DNA of 64,000 nt from the NCBI GenBank assembly GCA_011364925.1, contig RDOA01000007.1, forward strand, positions 32,001-96,000. Reading direction: 5' to 3'. A program made the translations under genes and the position numbers. This DNA comes from Promethearchaeota archaeon (lineage in GTDB: Archaea > Asgardarchaeota > Lokiarchaeia > Sigyniarchaeales > SOKP01). This document shows positions 48,165-58,504 of the stretch, one piece after another (position 1 is the first letter of the stretch; each line of letters begins with the position of its first letter). Below the pieces are notes generated by a model. The model was not told the DNA's origin and searched no databases. It saw nothing but the letters and a program-made list of their open reading frames with translations.

Positions 48165-51050
48165 TTAGAATATCAACCCTTTCGATCTGGCAATATATTT
48201 AAAAATTTCTATCCCTAACAAACCCGGCAGTGCCAAAGCAATACAGATTAACCAATCTGTTCCACTAAGAAACAGGAAATTAATTTGAAGGTTTAGTCCA
48301 AATTGGTCGTTTATATAGTAATTTACTGGTTGTGAAAACGATACGAAAAGTACTTGTAAAGCAAGAGTGAACACGCAAATTAAAAAAAGCGCAGGACTAA
48401 ATTCTTTTGTAATACTTTTAAATAAGTTTTTATTAGGACGCCGAATACTCCAGATAAACATAGTTTCAAGAATGTAAAGCGTTGTAACAAACATCGTTCT
48501 TGCTTTTTGCGCCAATAGTTCGGCAGGTGTAGAACCAAATGGTATATAACTAAGACCAGGATTTAGATTCCATTCGTTTAAGGGGATCATTCCTCCTAAG
48601 GTTAATTGTAGTGCTAAGACTAGTCCAATACCCATTAAAATTGCATGGATTACCAAAAGTATCCACATATTCTTATTTAACAGTTGTTCTCCGTTTCTGG
48701 GGGGTTCTTTCATTACATCTTTGGGATGTTTATCAATTACTAAAGCCAAAGCGGGTAGAGAATGCACAATCCCATAAATGTAAATATGTTGCCACTCGGA
48801 ACTAAAAAGTTGAAATAATGGAACGAATTCATAGGAAAAGAAAATGACAGATTCCATTAAATTTAAACAAATAAAAAAGTAAATTATTGTGCGAATTCTC
48901 GAAAATAAGCCACGCCCGATTTTTACACCCCTTACGATAGATGTAAAATTGTCATCGCTTATGACCATATCCGCAGTTTCCTTAGCAACGTCAGTTCCAG
49001 TTATACCCATAGCTATTCCTGCATTTGCTAGTTTCAAAGCTAATGAGTCGTTAATGCCATCACCAGTCATAGCACAAATACGATTCTTTGATTGGTATCT
49101 TTTTACTATTACTTCTTTATCAGAAGGATTCACTCGAGCAAAAACTGACACCTTTTCGAAATTTTCACCACTTAGATCCTTAATTTCGTTACCCTCTACA
49201 ACTAAATCTCCTTCTTTATAAATTCGCATCTGGGAGGCAATCGTTTTTGCTGTAGCAGGGTGATCCCCGGTGATCATTGCAATTTTAATGCCAGCAGATT
49301 CAGCTTCTTCAACTGATTCTCTAACTCCAATTCTTGGTGGGTCAAGTATCGAAACATACCCCAAGAAAACAATTTGATTTTCAATATCTGTTCTGACGAA
49401 CTCTTGATTATTCTTAATTTTTCTATAACCAATAGCTAACGTTCTATACCCTTGGTTTGCTCGTATTTGAATATTTCCAATTATGGAGGTTCTAAGTTTT
49501 TCAGTTAACGGTTCTTCCGCTCCATTTATTTCAATTTGAGTGCTTATATCTAAGATTCTCTCGGGAGCTCCTTTCGAGAACGCTAAAAACTCAGAGTCAT
49601 TTTCGTTAAGCTTACATACAGTTGTCATTCGTTTAAGATCAGAATTGAATGAGAATTCCTTGGAAAGAGTATACTGCTTTTTCAAATCGTAAGGAAGAAA
49701 TCCTGCCTTCTCTGCTAACACGAGCAATGAAGCCTCTGTTGGGGAGCCTAAAGCTTTTCTTACGGCTAATTCTTTCGATTCTTTTAGTCGTACTTTTACG
49801 TCTTCATATACTAATTTAGCAGTGTTATTTAACACGCTTGATTCTATAAATTTTATAAAAGTTGGATTTTCCTTTAATTCTGTAGCTTTTCCGTTCTCTT
49901 GTATCATCCCTTCGGGATCATAACCCGAACCTGAAACATGGTATTCTTTATTGTTTATCCAAAACATCTCGACAGTCATTTCGTTCTTAGTAATAGTTCC
50001 CGTTTTATCTGAACAAATCACAGATACTCTTCCAAGGGATTCTATTGCGGACAAATTTTTAATGATAACTCCGCTCTGAGCCATATTTAGTACCCCAGTA
50101 ACAAGCACGAGGGTAGTTAATAGCGGTAAATTGATAGGCATAATTCCCATCGATCTTAAAATAGATGATATAACCGCTTCTCTAATGTGTTCGCCAACAA
50201 ATAATCCTTCTAACCCTAAAACTGCAAACTTATACGCGATTAACGCAATTAGATAAAGGATAACTATTGTTCCTAAGATGTAACCTAATCGATTCAGCTT
50301 TCTTGTGAGTGGAATTTCCTCTATGCTTCCCATTTCGTTTAATTGGTTCGAAATTTTCCCGATTTCGGTATCAAGTCCCGTCCCGGTGACTAACGCTTTC
50401 GCTCTCCCCGTATGTACATAAGTTCCCATAAATACCATATTAATTTGCTTTTGAATGGATAAGTCTTTTTCTTCTAGTAGTTCAGTACTTTTTTCCGCTG
50501 GTTCACTTTCTCCAGTAAGAGGTGCTTCATCAACCGATAGATTCGTTAACTCGATAATTCTCGCATCTGCGCCAATTTTATCGCCTTGATCTAATAGAAT
50601 GATATCTCCTGGAACGAGTTCTTTTGAAGGAATCTCAAATTGAATCCCATCTCGTAACACAACGGTTTTCAAAGCGGCAATTTGTCTGAGGGCTTCTAAC
50701 GCTTTTCGAGCCCGATATTGTTGGGTAATAACTGTAATTGAATTTATAATTACTACGGTAAAAGTGATGATAGTAGAAGTTCGATCTCCGAGTAGCACAA
50801 CAATACTCCCTGAAACTATCAATATTATTATTAAGAAATTAAAAATTGGTGCGAGGTATATTTTCCATAATGATTTTCTAATTTTCGGCAATTCATTGAA
50901 GCCATACTTTTGAATTCTGCCTTCAATTTCTGATTCTTTCAATCCTTCGTTAGGACTGGTTTTGAATTGAGTGAGTAATTCGTCTAACGGCGTGAAGTAA
51001 GCTTGATTAGAAGGGTGTTGGGTTTGATTCATAGGAAGATCTACTTTCAA
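48165..51050 (-). CDS. P-type ATPase (type II-like scaffold, atypical membrane site), paralog 2
   Basis: TGES, DKTGT, KGAPE, DPPR, TGDGIND; M4 PINLP; start may be the ATG at 51032. Confidence 0.95.
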   Translation of the reverse strand: MKVDLPMNQTQHPSNQAYFTPLDELLTQFKTSPNEGLKESEIEGRIQKYGFNELPKIRKSLWKIYLAPIFNFLIIILIVSGSIVVLLGDRTSTIITFTVVIINSITVITQQYRARKALEALRQIAALKTVVLRDGIQFEIPSKELVPGDIILLDQGDKIGADARIIELTNLSVDEAPLTGESEPAEKSTELLEEKDLSIQKQINMVFMGTYVHTGRAKALVTGTGLDTEIGKISNQLNEMGSIEEIPLTRKLNRLGYILGTIVILYLIALIAYKFAVLGLEGLFVGEHIREAVISSILRSMGIMPINLPLLTTLVLVTGVLNMAQSGVIIKNLSAIESLGRVSVICSDKTGTITKNEMTVEMFWINNKEYHVSGSGYDPEGMIQENGKATELKENPTFIKFIESSVLNNTAKLVYEDVKVRLKESKELAVRKALGSPTEASLLVLAEKAGFLPYDLKKQYTLSKEFSFNSDLKRMTTVCKLNENDSEFLAFSKGAPERILDISTQIEINGAEEPLTEKLRTSIIGNIQIRANQGYRTLAIGYRKIKNNQEFVRTDIENQIVFLGYVSILDPPRIGVRESVEEAESAGIKIAMITGDHPATAKTIASQMRIYKEGDLVVEGNEIKDLSGENFEKVSVFARVNPSDKEVIVKRYQSKNRICAMTGDGINDSLALKLANAGIAMGITGTDVAKETADMVISDDNFTSIVRGVKIGRGLFSRIRTIIYFFICLNLMESVIFFSYEFVPLFQLFSSEWQHIYIYGIVHSLPALALVIDKHPKDVMKEPPRNGEQLLNKNMWILLVIHAILMGIGLVLALQLTLGGMIPLNEWNLNPGLSYIPFGSTPAELLAQKARTMFVTTLYILETMFIWSIRRPNKNLFKSITKEFSPALFLICVFTLALQVLFVSFSQPVNYYINDQFGLNLQINFLFLSGTDWLICIALALPGLLGIEIFKYIARSKGLIF

Positions 51051-51136
51051 AATGAAGTGTTTTATATACTAATGAATGGTGAATTTATATTTTTAATTAT
51101 GTGTCCATTCCTCTTTTTATGTAGGAATTTTAAGAA

Positions 51137-52099
51137 TTAGATGCTAAATTCTTGAGGATCTCCTAAGATGCTTACTAAGATGTGATACTTTTTCCTAATG
51201 GTGGTACTTGAAAATCTACTAGTTTGTTCGACGATACTTTGGGTAAATATTTTGCGGTTTTCAAGCGTTTGTCCTATGTAATAGATTAGTCCGGCTGTGA
51301 AAGCTTTGTAATTTAAATTTTGGATGTCTTCATACGGGATTATTCTTAAAATTTTATCGGCAGTTAGTTGCATTTCCATTTTTAAATTCGTATAATCTTG
51401 TTCGTTTTGAAAATATTGTTTTACTCGTTCGAATTGAATGTTGTTTAAATCTTTTTGAAAGAGAATTTTAATTTTTTTCTTGATTTCTTGTTCTAAGTTT
51501 TCAAGGTTATTATACAATTTTAATCTCTTATCCGTTCTCATCAATTTTAACATCGCGTTGTTAAGCATTTTCTTATTTATTTTGTGTCCAAGTTCTTTAG
51601 CAGCGTTTATGAAATCTTCAACTCTTACATTTGTAGTTTCTTTTATTTCCATCCATATAATCGCTAAAAAGATGATAACCATGTTTTCGTAGGTTTGACG
51701 ATGGTGCCTATTATACCGCAAATATTTTTCCTTTATTTCGGAGTATTTTATGTTATCAATATTCATTCCAATACCATAGCTTTTAAGCATGCTTATCGTT
51801 TTTTTTTGTTCTGTAAAGCTAGTTTGAGAGTCTTGGAACCACTTGTTTAATGTTTTTAACTGTTCGTATCGTTTTCTTGTCTCAGGATCTTGAATTGCTT
51901 TAGAATCGCCTATTCTGATCTTTCTTTCGTAATCTAATTGCGAATCTGAATAAAATTCTGGAATAGGAGCTCTTTCAAAAGCGATTTGGTCTGTCTCAGT
52001 TAACCCACAATCTTGACAAACAAAAAAACCACCTTCTTGTTTCACATTTTTATGCTCGCATTCAATATAATCTAACGAGTCTTTATTATTTTCATTCAA
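51137..52099 (-). CDS. Divergent TFIIB/TFB-like protein
   Basis: Zn ribbon CEH...CQDCG; C-terminal AFTAGLIYY...FTQ...STTIRKKY resembles the TFB cyclin repeat 2 HTH. Confidence 0.75.
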   Translation of the reverse strand: MNENNKDSLDYIECEHKNVKQEGGFFVCQDCGLTETDQIAFERAPIPEFYSDSQLDYERKIRIGDSKAIQDPETRKRYEQLKTLNKWFQDSQTSFTEQKKTISMLKSYGIGMNIDNIKYSEIKEKYLRYNRHHRQTYENMVIIFLAIIWMEIKETTNVRVEDFINAAKELGHKINKKMLNNAMLKLMRTDKRLKLYNNLENLEQEIKKKIKILFQKDLNNIQFERVKQYFQNEQDYTNLKMEMQLTADKILRIIPYEDIQNLNYKAFTAGLIYYIGQTLENRKIFTQSIVEQTSRFSSTTIRKKYHILVSILGDPQEFSI

Positions 52100-52272
52100 G
52101 TACCTTTCAATTATTTGTATAGTTATTTTCGCAATTGAATCAAAAAAAATAGGAGTTTCTAATTTAATAACTTTAATTTTAAATAAAAAACCATCAAATT
52201 AAATATTATATAAAAGATTCTTCAATGAATATAGAATAATAATTTTTTTTAGGAATACCGAGTTGATAAAAG

Positions 52273-52842
52273 TTGGAAAGAAAAGCCGTTCTTAAGTGGT
52301 TGAAATTTTTTAGTATTATCTTTGTTCTGCTTTCTGTAGTCGAACTCCTTGATTTAATATTATTCAGCACTATTATCAATCTAAATTTAGATGGAACTTC
52401 GTATACTGTTGCAAATGTAATCTTTCAATCTGGCTTTATGGCAGTTCACGCCACGCTTTTATGGGTCTTTTTATTATTCGTTATTTGTGCTTATATTGCT
52501 ATATCTTTTTCAATATTCACTATCGCTAAAAAAGACTCCATTGAAAATCATACTCTTGCTAAATTTTTACTATTGATTGGATTATTTCTCATAATTGGTG
52601 GGTTTATAAAAACAAATTTTATGACACTATTAGGTAATAGCCATATCAATACAGGCATTACAACCACTACCCTTCAAAATGCGCTATATAATCCCGCTAT
52701 TACTCCATTATTTGGAGCGATAATGTGGATCTATTTTACGGTGGTTGTAAGCTTTTTCTTGTTTTCTGGATTGGTCTTTGGAGGAGTAGGTCTTAGATGG
52801 ATGCTTATTATTCAAGAAGAAAAAAAACACAATCAAATTTAA
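52273..52842 (+). CDS. Hypothetical 4-TM membrane protein
   Basis: Four hydrophobic segments; GAGTTGAT before the TTG start. Confidence 0.75.
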   Translation: MERKAVLKWLKFFSIIFVLLSVVELLDLILFSTIINLNLDGTSYTVANVIFQSGFMAVHATLLWVFLLFVICAYIAISFSIFTIAKKDSIENHTLAKFLLLIGLFLIIGGFIKTNFMTLLGNSHINTGITTTTLQNALYNPAITPLFGAIMWIYFTVVVSFFLFSGLVFGGVGLRWMLIIQEEKKHNQI

Positions 52843-52927
52843 AATCTGACTTTTAGTTCTTTCATTTAGGCAGATAACAAAAAATAAAACAAAAAAAGAA
52901 AAATGAAATGACCATTTATTGATCAAT

Positions 52928-53863
52928 CTAAAGTCTAGATTTAATTTGTTTTGCCCTAGATCTTAGTGTTACTTCTGTAATCTTGGCAACATCTGCTACA
53001 AGAGATTGCGTTTTTCGAATCGAACCATCTTTCGCTGCAATGTAAATACATGCTGCAGCTAATCCTTTTGGATCTTTTCCTGTTCGCGCTAACCCGTTCT
53101 GAGACGCAGTTCTTAACATGTCGATCGCTTTCTTCTGAACATTCATTGGAAGGTTTAATTCGTTCCCAAACCTAAAAACTAAACTTTCAGCGGTAATAGG
53201 CTGATATCGCAAACCTAACTGAGGCAAAACCTCTCTTATAATCATAGCTAAACTTCTATGGACAGTTCTCCTAGGAGTTAAAGAAGCTTCACATACCTCA
53301 TCTAATAATCGTGGGAAATCGTGAACCCTAATCGCAGCGTATAAAGATCCTGCAATAAAGCCATTAATTGATCTTCCCATGGTTAACTTCTTTTTAGCAA
53401 CAATACTATATACTTTCCAGGCTGTTTCTGAAATGTATTCAGGAATGTTTAACTTTGAAGTTAACATTTTTAATTTGGGTTTAGCTTCCCAAAAGTTCCT
53501 TTCTATACTTGAAATTAACGAGTTTTGAATTTTTGATAGACGTGAAAATAATGCTTGGTCTTTTGGACCTATTGATTTACCTTTCGAATCGGTCTTTGTA
53601 GTTGGGAGCATTGTCCTTGGGCCAAAATCTCTCCATCTTGGTTCTGTTCGGCGACGATTCTGAATCTCCTCAATAGTGTAAGCTCTCCTTTCATTTCCTA
53701 CAAACGTTCGATCCGCAATCATACCGCAATTTAAGCAAACTTCATTACCATCGCGTTCTTCGATGTTAGGATTAGAGCAACAATCAACAAGTTTAGCAGA
53801 CGGTAAACTGTCTTGATCAATATGGTTACTTTTGATAAGATCACGGTAATTACTATTCATCAT
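52928..53863 (-). CDS. tfb: Transcription initiation factor IIB
   Basis: Zn ribbon CC...CLNCG, ERRAY B-reader, GRSINGFIAGSLY, GKDPKGLAAACIY, ITEVTLRSR. Confidence 0.93.
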   Translation of the reverse strand: MMNSNYRDLIKSNHIDQDSLPSAKLVDCCSNPNIEERDGNEVCLNCGMIADRTFVGNERRAYTIEEIQNRRRTEPRWRDFGPRTMLPTTKTDSKGKSIGPKDQALFSRLSKIQNSLISSIERNFWEAKPKLKMLTSKLNIPEYISETAWKVYSIVAKKKLTMGRSINGFIAGSLYAAIRVHDFPRLLDEVCEASLTPRRTVHRSLAMIIREVLPQLGLRYQPITAESLVFRFGNELNLPMNVQKKAIDMLRTASQNGLARTGKDPKGLAAACIYIAAKDGSIRKTQSLVADVAKITEVTLRSRAKQIKSRL

Positions 53864-54145
53864 GCATCACAAAAAATGTATTTTTACATAGTGTCATCTA
53901 AAAATAAAATTCTATAAGAAATTAGATGATATTACGAGTTTAATAACGTAATAATATCCTTATATCCAAGCTGCATTTATAAATCTTTGTCTCAAAAATC
54001 ATAACACTCAAGAGAGGGGGAATGAAGTGGGACTTAGATAATGGGATTTTGCACGCCTCTGTCAATATTTTACGAAAAACCGTAAGGTTTTAGATGTATC
54101 GCCTTCTAATTATAAATAAAAAATTTTGTCGTTCTGGTTTAGAAA

Positions 54146-54661
54146 ATGGAATTTTACGATGTTATAAGAAAACGAAGAAGTTATAGAGCTTATAGGGCTG
54201 AGATGCCAGAAGAAGAAAAGGTAAACCGAATTTTAAACGCTGCCCGGCTTGCTCCGACGTGGGCTAATATGCAAGGCATGCATTATATTGTCGTTAAAGA
54301 CCCCGAAACTGTAAAGCGCGTATGGAAGGGAGTGGGGCAAAGCCAAAAATTTGTCGAGGCTCCTATGTTTATTGTCGGTGTAATTTCTGAATCCGATTCT
54401 GGAAAAAATTCTAGTGGGTTAGAATGTTTCCCTTTAGATTGCGGGATTTGTTTTGAACATTTAATTTTAGCGGCTACGGCTGAAGGTTTAGCCACCTGTT
54501 GGATTGGTTGGTTTAACGAGACAAAAGTAAAGGAAGTGCTTGAAATACCGAAGAAGTATAGAGTTCTCGCATTAACACCACTAGGGTATCCTGTTAGAGA
54601 AAAAGGAGAAGTAGTAGATCGAAAACCCATCGAAGAAATTGTGCATTATAATAAGTTTTAA
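54146..54661 (+). CDS. Nitroreductase family protein
   Basis: RRSYRAY, APTWANMQ, LAATAEGLATCWIG, PLGYP. Confidence 0.93.
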   Translation: MEFYDVIRKRRSYRAYRAEMPEEEKVNRILNAARLAPTWANMQGMHYIVVKDPETVKRVWKGVGQSQKFVEAPMFIVGVISESDSGKNSSGLECFPLDCGICFEHLILAATAEGLATCWIGWFNETKVKEVLEIPKKYRVLALTPLGYPVREKGEVVDRKPIEEIVHYNKF

Positions 54662-54725
54662 TTTTTCTTAAGCTCCTATTTCATGATGAAGTAAAAATCA
54701 AATAATTTCTAATTTTATTCTAATT

Positions 54726-56447
54726 ATGAAGATTGTAAGAATCAATGTTAAAACGCTTAAGATTAATTATGAAGAAATACCAAGCAATTCAAAATACTAT
54801 TTGTTAGGTGCTCGGGGGTTAACTTCACAAATTGTTTTAGATGAAGTCCCTCCCAAATGTAACCCATTTGGACCAGAAAACAAGCTTATTTTGGCAAACG
54901 GGCTACTCACAGGAAGTCCCTTTCCCAATTCTGGAAGAAGCTCAATAGGAAGCAAAAGTCCTTTAACTAATGGGATCAAAGAGGCTAATGTAGGTGGTAG
55001 ACCTTCACTCATGCTGGCTAAATACGGTATAAGAGCATTAGTTTTTGAAAACATATCCTCCGAACTAAGAATTCTCTTAGTAAATGAGAGCGGAATAGAG
55101 TTATTACCTGGTAATGAATATAAAGGATTAGGAAACTACAAGCTACATGAGAAACTAAGAGGAAAGTATGGTGAAAACATTGGAATATATTCTATTGGAC
55201 CAGCAGGTGAACACAAAATGAAATCAGCAAGCATTGCTGCGAACGATATGGAAGGGTATCCAAGCAGACAGGCAGCTCGAGGAGGTTTAGGGGCGATTAT
55301 GGGCGCAAAAGGCATCAAAGCCATAATAATTGTACCTACAAAGGAATCAAAAGTAAAAATGCACGATCTGAAGAAGTTTAGAGAAACATCAACTCCGTTT
55401 GCTAAAGAATTAGCAGACACTAAGAAAGTATTTTCTACATTCGGGACGCCCTTAATGATGAGACCTATGAGTGAACGGCAAGGAATTCCTACAAAAAATT
55501 TTCGAATGGGCTCCTTTGATAGAATATCCGAAATTTCAGGTGAAAAATTACACGAACTCGTAATAGCAAGGGGGGGTAAGAAAAATTTAGCTTGTTCTCC
55601 CTACTGCGTTATTCGATGTTCTAATCTTGTCGTAGATGAAAATGGTGATCATATAACTTCAAGTTTTGAATACGAAACTATGGCTTTGAACGGCGCAAAT
55701 TTAATGATCGATGATTTAGACAGCTTAGCCCGAATTGATCACTTATGTGATGATGTAGGAGTCGATACTATCGAATTTGGTGGAACTATTGGTGTAGCAA
55801 TGGATTGCGAGAAGATTTCATGGGGTGATGCAAAATCTGTTCTTACTATTTTAGACAAGGAAATTCGCAATAATAAAGATATAGGCAGTTTATATGGTAA
55901 TGGCGTTAAAAATATTGGAGAGAAGCTGGGTGCTAAGAGAATACCAGTGGTTAAAGGACAAGGTATTTCTGCGTACGACCCAAGAGTTTTTAAAGGAATG
56001 GGCGTTACATACGCAACGAGTCCGCAAGGTGCAGATCATACGAGTGGGGCCGCTATAGCTGGAAGAGTGGCAAGTCAAATAAAAGATTATGGTGAGTTGA
56101 CTGAAAACAAAGGTAAGTTGGATTTGTCGTACGAATTACAAACCTATACAGCAGTTCTAGATTCGATGGGTTGCTGTTATTTTATAGGTCCGAGTTATGA
56201 GAACATGGAGGTTATAGCTTCTGCTATTAATGCTATGTATAATTTTAGCTTAACAAGGGAAGATGTCATCAATATCGGGAAGAAGATTATAAAGACCGAA
56301 ATCGAGTTTAACGAAAAAGCGGGTATTTCAGCTGATATGAACGATGTGCCTGAATTTTTAAGAAACGAGCCCTCTGATCCTAGTGATTTAAAATATACTT
56401 TCACAAAAGAGGAATTACGCGACTTTTGGAAGAAATTAGATCAATGA
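54726..56447 (+). CDS. aor: Aldehyde:ferredoxin oxidoreductase family protein
   Basis: KSPLTNGIKEAN, IGPAGE, RGGLGAIMG, EYET, CDDVGVDTIE, YDPR, GADH. Confidence 0.9.
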   Translation: MKIVRINVKTLKINYEEIPSNSKYYLLGARGLTSQIVLDEVPPKCNPFGPENKLILANGLLTGSPFPNSGRSSIGSKSPLTNGIKEANVGGRPSLMLAKYGIRALVFENISSELRILLVNESGIELLPGNEYKGLGNYKLHEKLRGKYGENIGIYSIGPAGEHKMKSASIAANDMEGYPSRQAARGGLGAIMGAKGIKAIIIVPTKESKVKMHDLKKFRETSTPFAKELADTKKVFSTFGTPLMMRPMSERQGIPTKNFRMGSFDRISEISGEKLHELVIARGGKKNLACSPYCVIRCSNLVVDENGDHITSSFEYETMALNGANLMIDDLDSLARIDHLCDDVGVDTIEFGGTIGVAMDCEKISWGDAKSVLTILDKEIRNNKDIGSLYGNGVKNIGEKLGAKRIPVVKGQGISAYDPRVFKGMGVTYATSPQGADHTSGAAIAGRVASQIKDYGELTENKGKLDLSYELQTYTAVLDSMGCCYFIGPSYENMEVIASAINAMYNFSLTREDVINIGKKIIKTEIEFNEKAGISADMNDVPEFLRNEPSDPSDLKYTFTKEELRDFWKKLDQ

Positions 56448-56474
56448 AATGAAATTTTTTAATTAGCGATTCTA

Positions 56475-57014
56475 TTAGATGTAGTTTAATAATCCCTTTT
56501 TTCTCATTAAGAATTCTGCAAAGATAATCAGAACTAACCCAAGGATAAGAGTCGGTGTTATAAAAGCAAGAATTACAATTATTTCTCCTAAATGTAACCA
56601 TAGAGTAATGTTTAAAATGTAAGAGCCAAGACCGCTCATTATGAATATTATTTTTCCTTTTTTATATAATGAAAGAGAGAAATGCCAGCAACATATTAAT
56701 AGAATGTTTGAACATTCAAATAAGGAAAATATGATTAGAAGTGAGTTAAGCGTGAAGAACACAATAATATTTATACAGATAATTGCGAGAGAAATTAAGA
56801 GTAAAAATATATTGGAGTTTTTAACAAAAAAATCACGCTCTATCTTTAACAGAACGCTCAAAGTAAAAGGGAAGAAAATAATAATCAACAAACAATAAAA
56901 TAGAAACGTATTTTGTGCTAAAATAATAAAGAGGATTGATAAAATTATACTTAACATTATTAGAAAAGAGCCTAAGATCCGAAGAAACCCTTCCTTTTTA
57001 CCATGTATGCTCAT
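56475..57014 (-). CDS. Hypothetical multi-pass membrane protein
   Basis: About six hydrophobic segments. Confidence 0.7.
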   Translation of the reverse strand: MSIHGKKEGFLRILGSFLIMLSIILSILFIILAQNTFLFYCLLIIIFFPFTLSVLLKIERDFFVKNSNIFLLLISLAIICINIIVFFTLNSLLIIFSLFECSNILLICCWHFSLSLYKKGKIIFIMSGLGSYILNITLWLHLGEIIVILAFITPTLILGLVLIIFAEFLMRKKGLLNYI

Positions 57015-57131
57015 TTCTAATCATTTTAAAGATATTTTAACTCTAAGAAATTATAAATTTAAATAGAAAAAAAAGTATTTTGAATTAACGAATATTTTTG
57101 TACGTTGACTAATTTTTGAGTTTTGTGAAAA

Positions 57132-58502
57132 ATGAATAAAGATGATATTTTAACTCAGTTAGAAGATATAGTAGGCAAGGATTTTGCAACAAATCGCTCA
57201 GAAGATCTGTATATTTATTCTCAAGATCCAGGTGCGTCATTGCCAAGAAAAGTTGATTTCGTTGTAATGCCTAGTTCTACCGAAGAAGTTCAAAAGATTG
57301 TAAGAATTGCCAACCAAGAGCGTATTCCTATCGTTTCCATGGGTGGTGGTCTTACTTTGAGTGGGTTAATAATTCCAGTTAAAGGCGGGATAATCTTAGA
57401 TATGAAACGAATGAATCGTATAATTGAAATTAATCAATTTAGCCAATATGCACTCATTGAAGCAGGGGTTACAACGGGGCAAATCCTTTCACATCTAAAC
57501 GAAAATTACCCCCATCTTCAACCTCCAATTCCAGATGCTCCTCCTTCTGCTACAGTTGCAGGAAATACGCTAATCCACGGCTCTGGATACTTATCCCAAA
57601 GATACGGAGGTCATGGTTCTATGATAAACGGTTTAGAAGTCGTATTAGCTAATGGAGAGGTATGTAAGCTTGGATCTTGTGCTCTTTCTGATTATTGGTT
57701 TGATAGAGGACCAATTCCAGATTTCATTGGTCTATTTACTAGCGCGTTTGGAACTATGGGCGTAATAACTAAGCTTTCGGTACAATTATTTCCAAAACCG
57801 AAGATGCGAGATATTATTTTTGGATTATTGAATGATCCCAAAGATATTCCAGACTTGCTTTTAAAGATCACAGCAACGGGCTATGCGGAGGATATACTTC
57901 TAGGAATGCAAGATAAACCCGAATGGATGAAAGGTTATGTGTTCGTTATGACATATATCACGGGTGATTCGGAAGAAGATATTGATCGCCAAAGTAAAGT
58001 TTTAAAACGCATATATCGTAAAACTAACGCAAGGTTTATGAACGCTCCAGAAAAAATGAAAAATCTCTACTTAGACAAACCAATTTTTGCTGCTGGAGCT
58101 GCAGATTTTAGAAAAGGTGGTGGTTTTGAATACGTAGGAGCGTTTATGCCACTTGAAAAAATTCCTGACGCATATGAAAAAGGCGCAGAAGTTGCAAGGA
58201 AGTATGGAATTTCTCCAACTTTAGGTTCAAGGTTAATAGGTGGAGTTCATACAATTGTAATGTTTTTTTCATACTCGTTCAATAGAGCTAACGCTTTAGA
58301 TATGGAGAATGCTAGAAGTGCGCTTCACGAAACCAATCAGTTAGCGCTAGACTTAGGGGGTATTCCATGGAAAGCAGAGTTAGAAGGCCAAAAGTTAATC
58401 CTTAACCAAATAGATCCTAGTTATACTAAATTAATGAAAACGATTCGGACCGCTCTGGATCCGAATGGTATTATGAATCCAGGAAATTGGGAGGTTGATT
58501 AG
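57132..58502 (+). CDS. FAD-binding oxidoreductase (GlcD/D-lactate dehydrogenase-like)
   Basis: GGGLTLSG, EAGVT, GLEVVL, GTMGVIT, LDPNGIMNPG. Confidence 0.92.
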   Translation: MNKDDILTQLEDIVGKDFATNRSEDLYIYSQDPGASLPRKVDFVVMPSSTEEVQKIVRIANQERIPIVSMGGGLTLSGLIIPVKGGIILDMKRMNRIIEINQFSQYALIEAGVTTGQILSHLNENYPHLQPPIPDAPPSATVAGNTLIHGSGYLSQRYGGHGSMINGLEVVLANGEVCKLGSCALSDYWFDRGPIPDFIGLFTSAFGTMGVITKLSVQLFPKPKMRDIIFGLLNDPKDIPDLLLKITATGYAEDILLGMQDKPEWMKGYVFVMTYITGDSEEDIDRQSKVLKRIYRKTNARFMNAPEKMKNLYLDKPIFAAGAADFRKGGGFEYVGAFMPLEKIPDAYEKGAEVARKYGISPTLGSRLIGGVHTIVMFFSYSFNRANALDMENARSALHETNQLALDLGGIPWKAELEGQKLILNQIDPSYTKLMKTIRTALDPNGIMNPGNWEVD

Positions 58503-58504
58503 AT

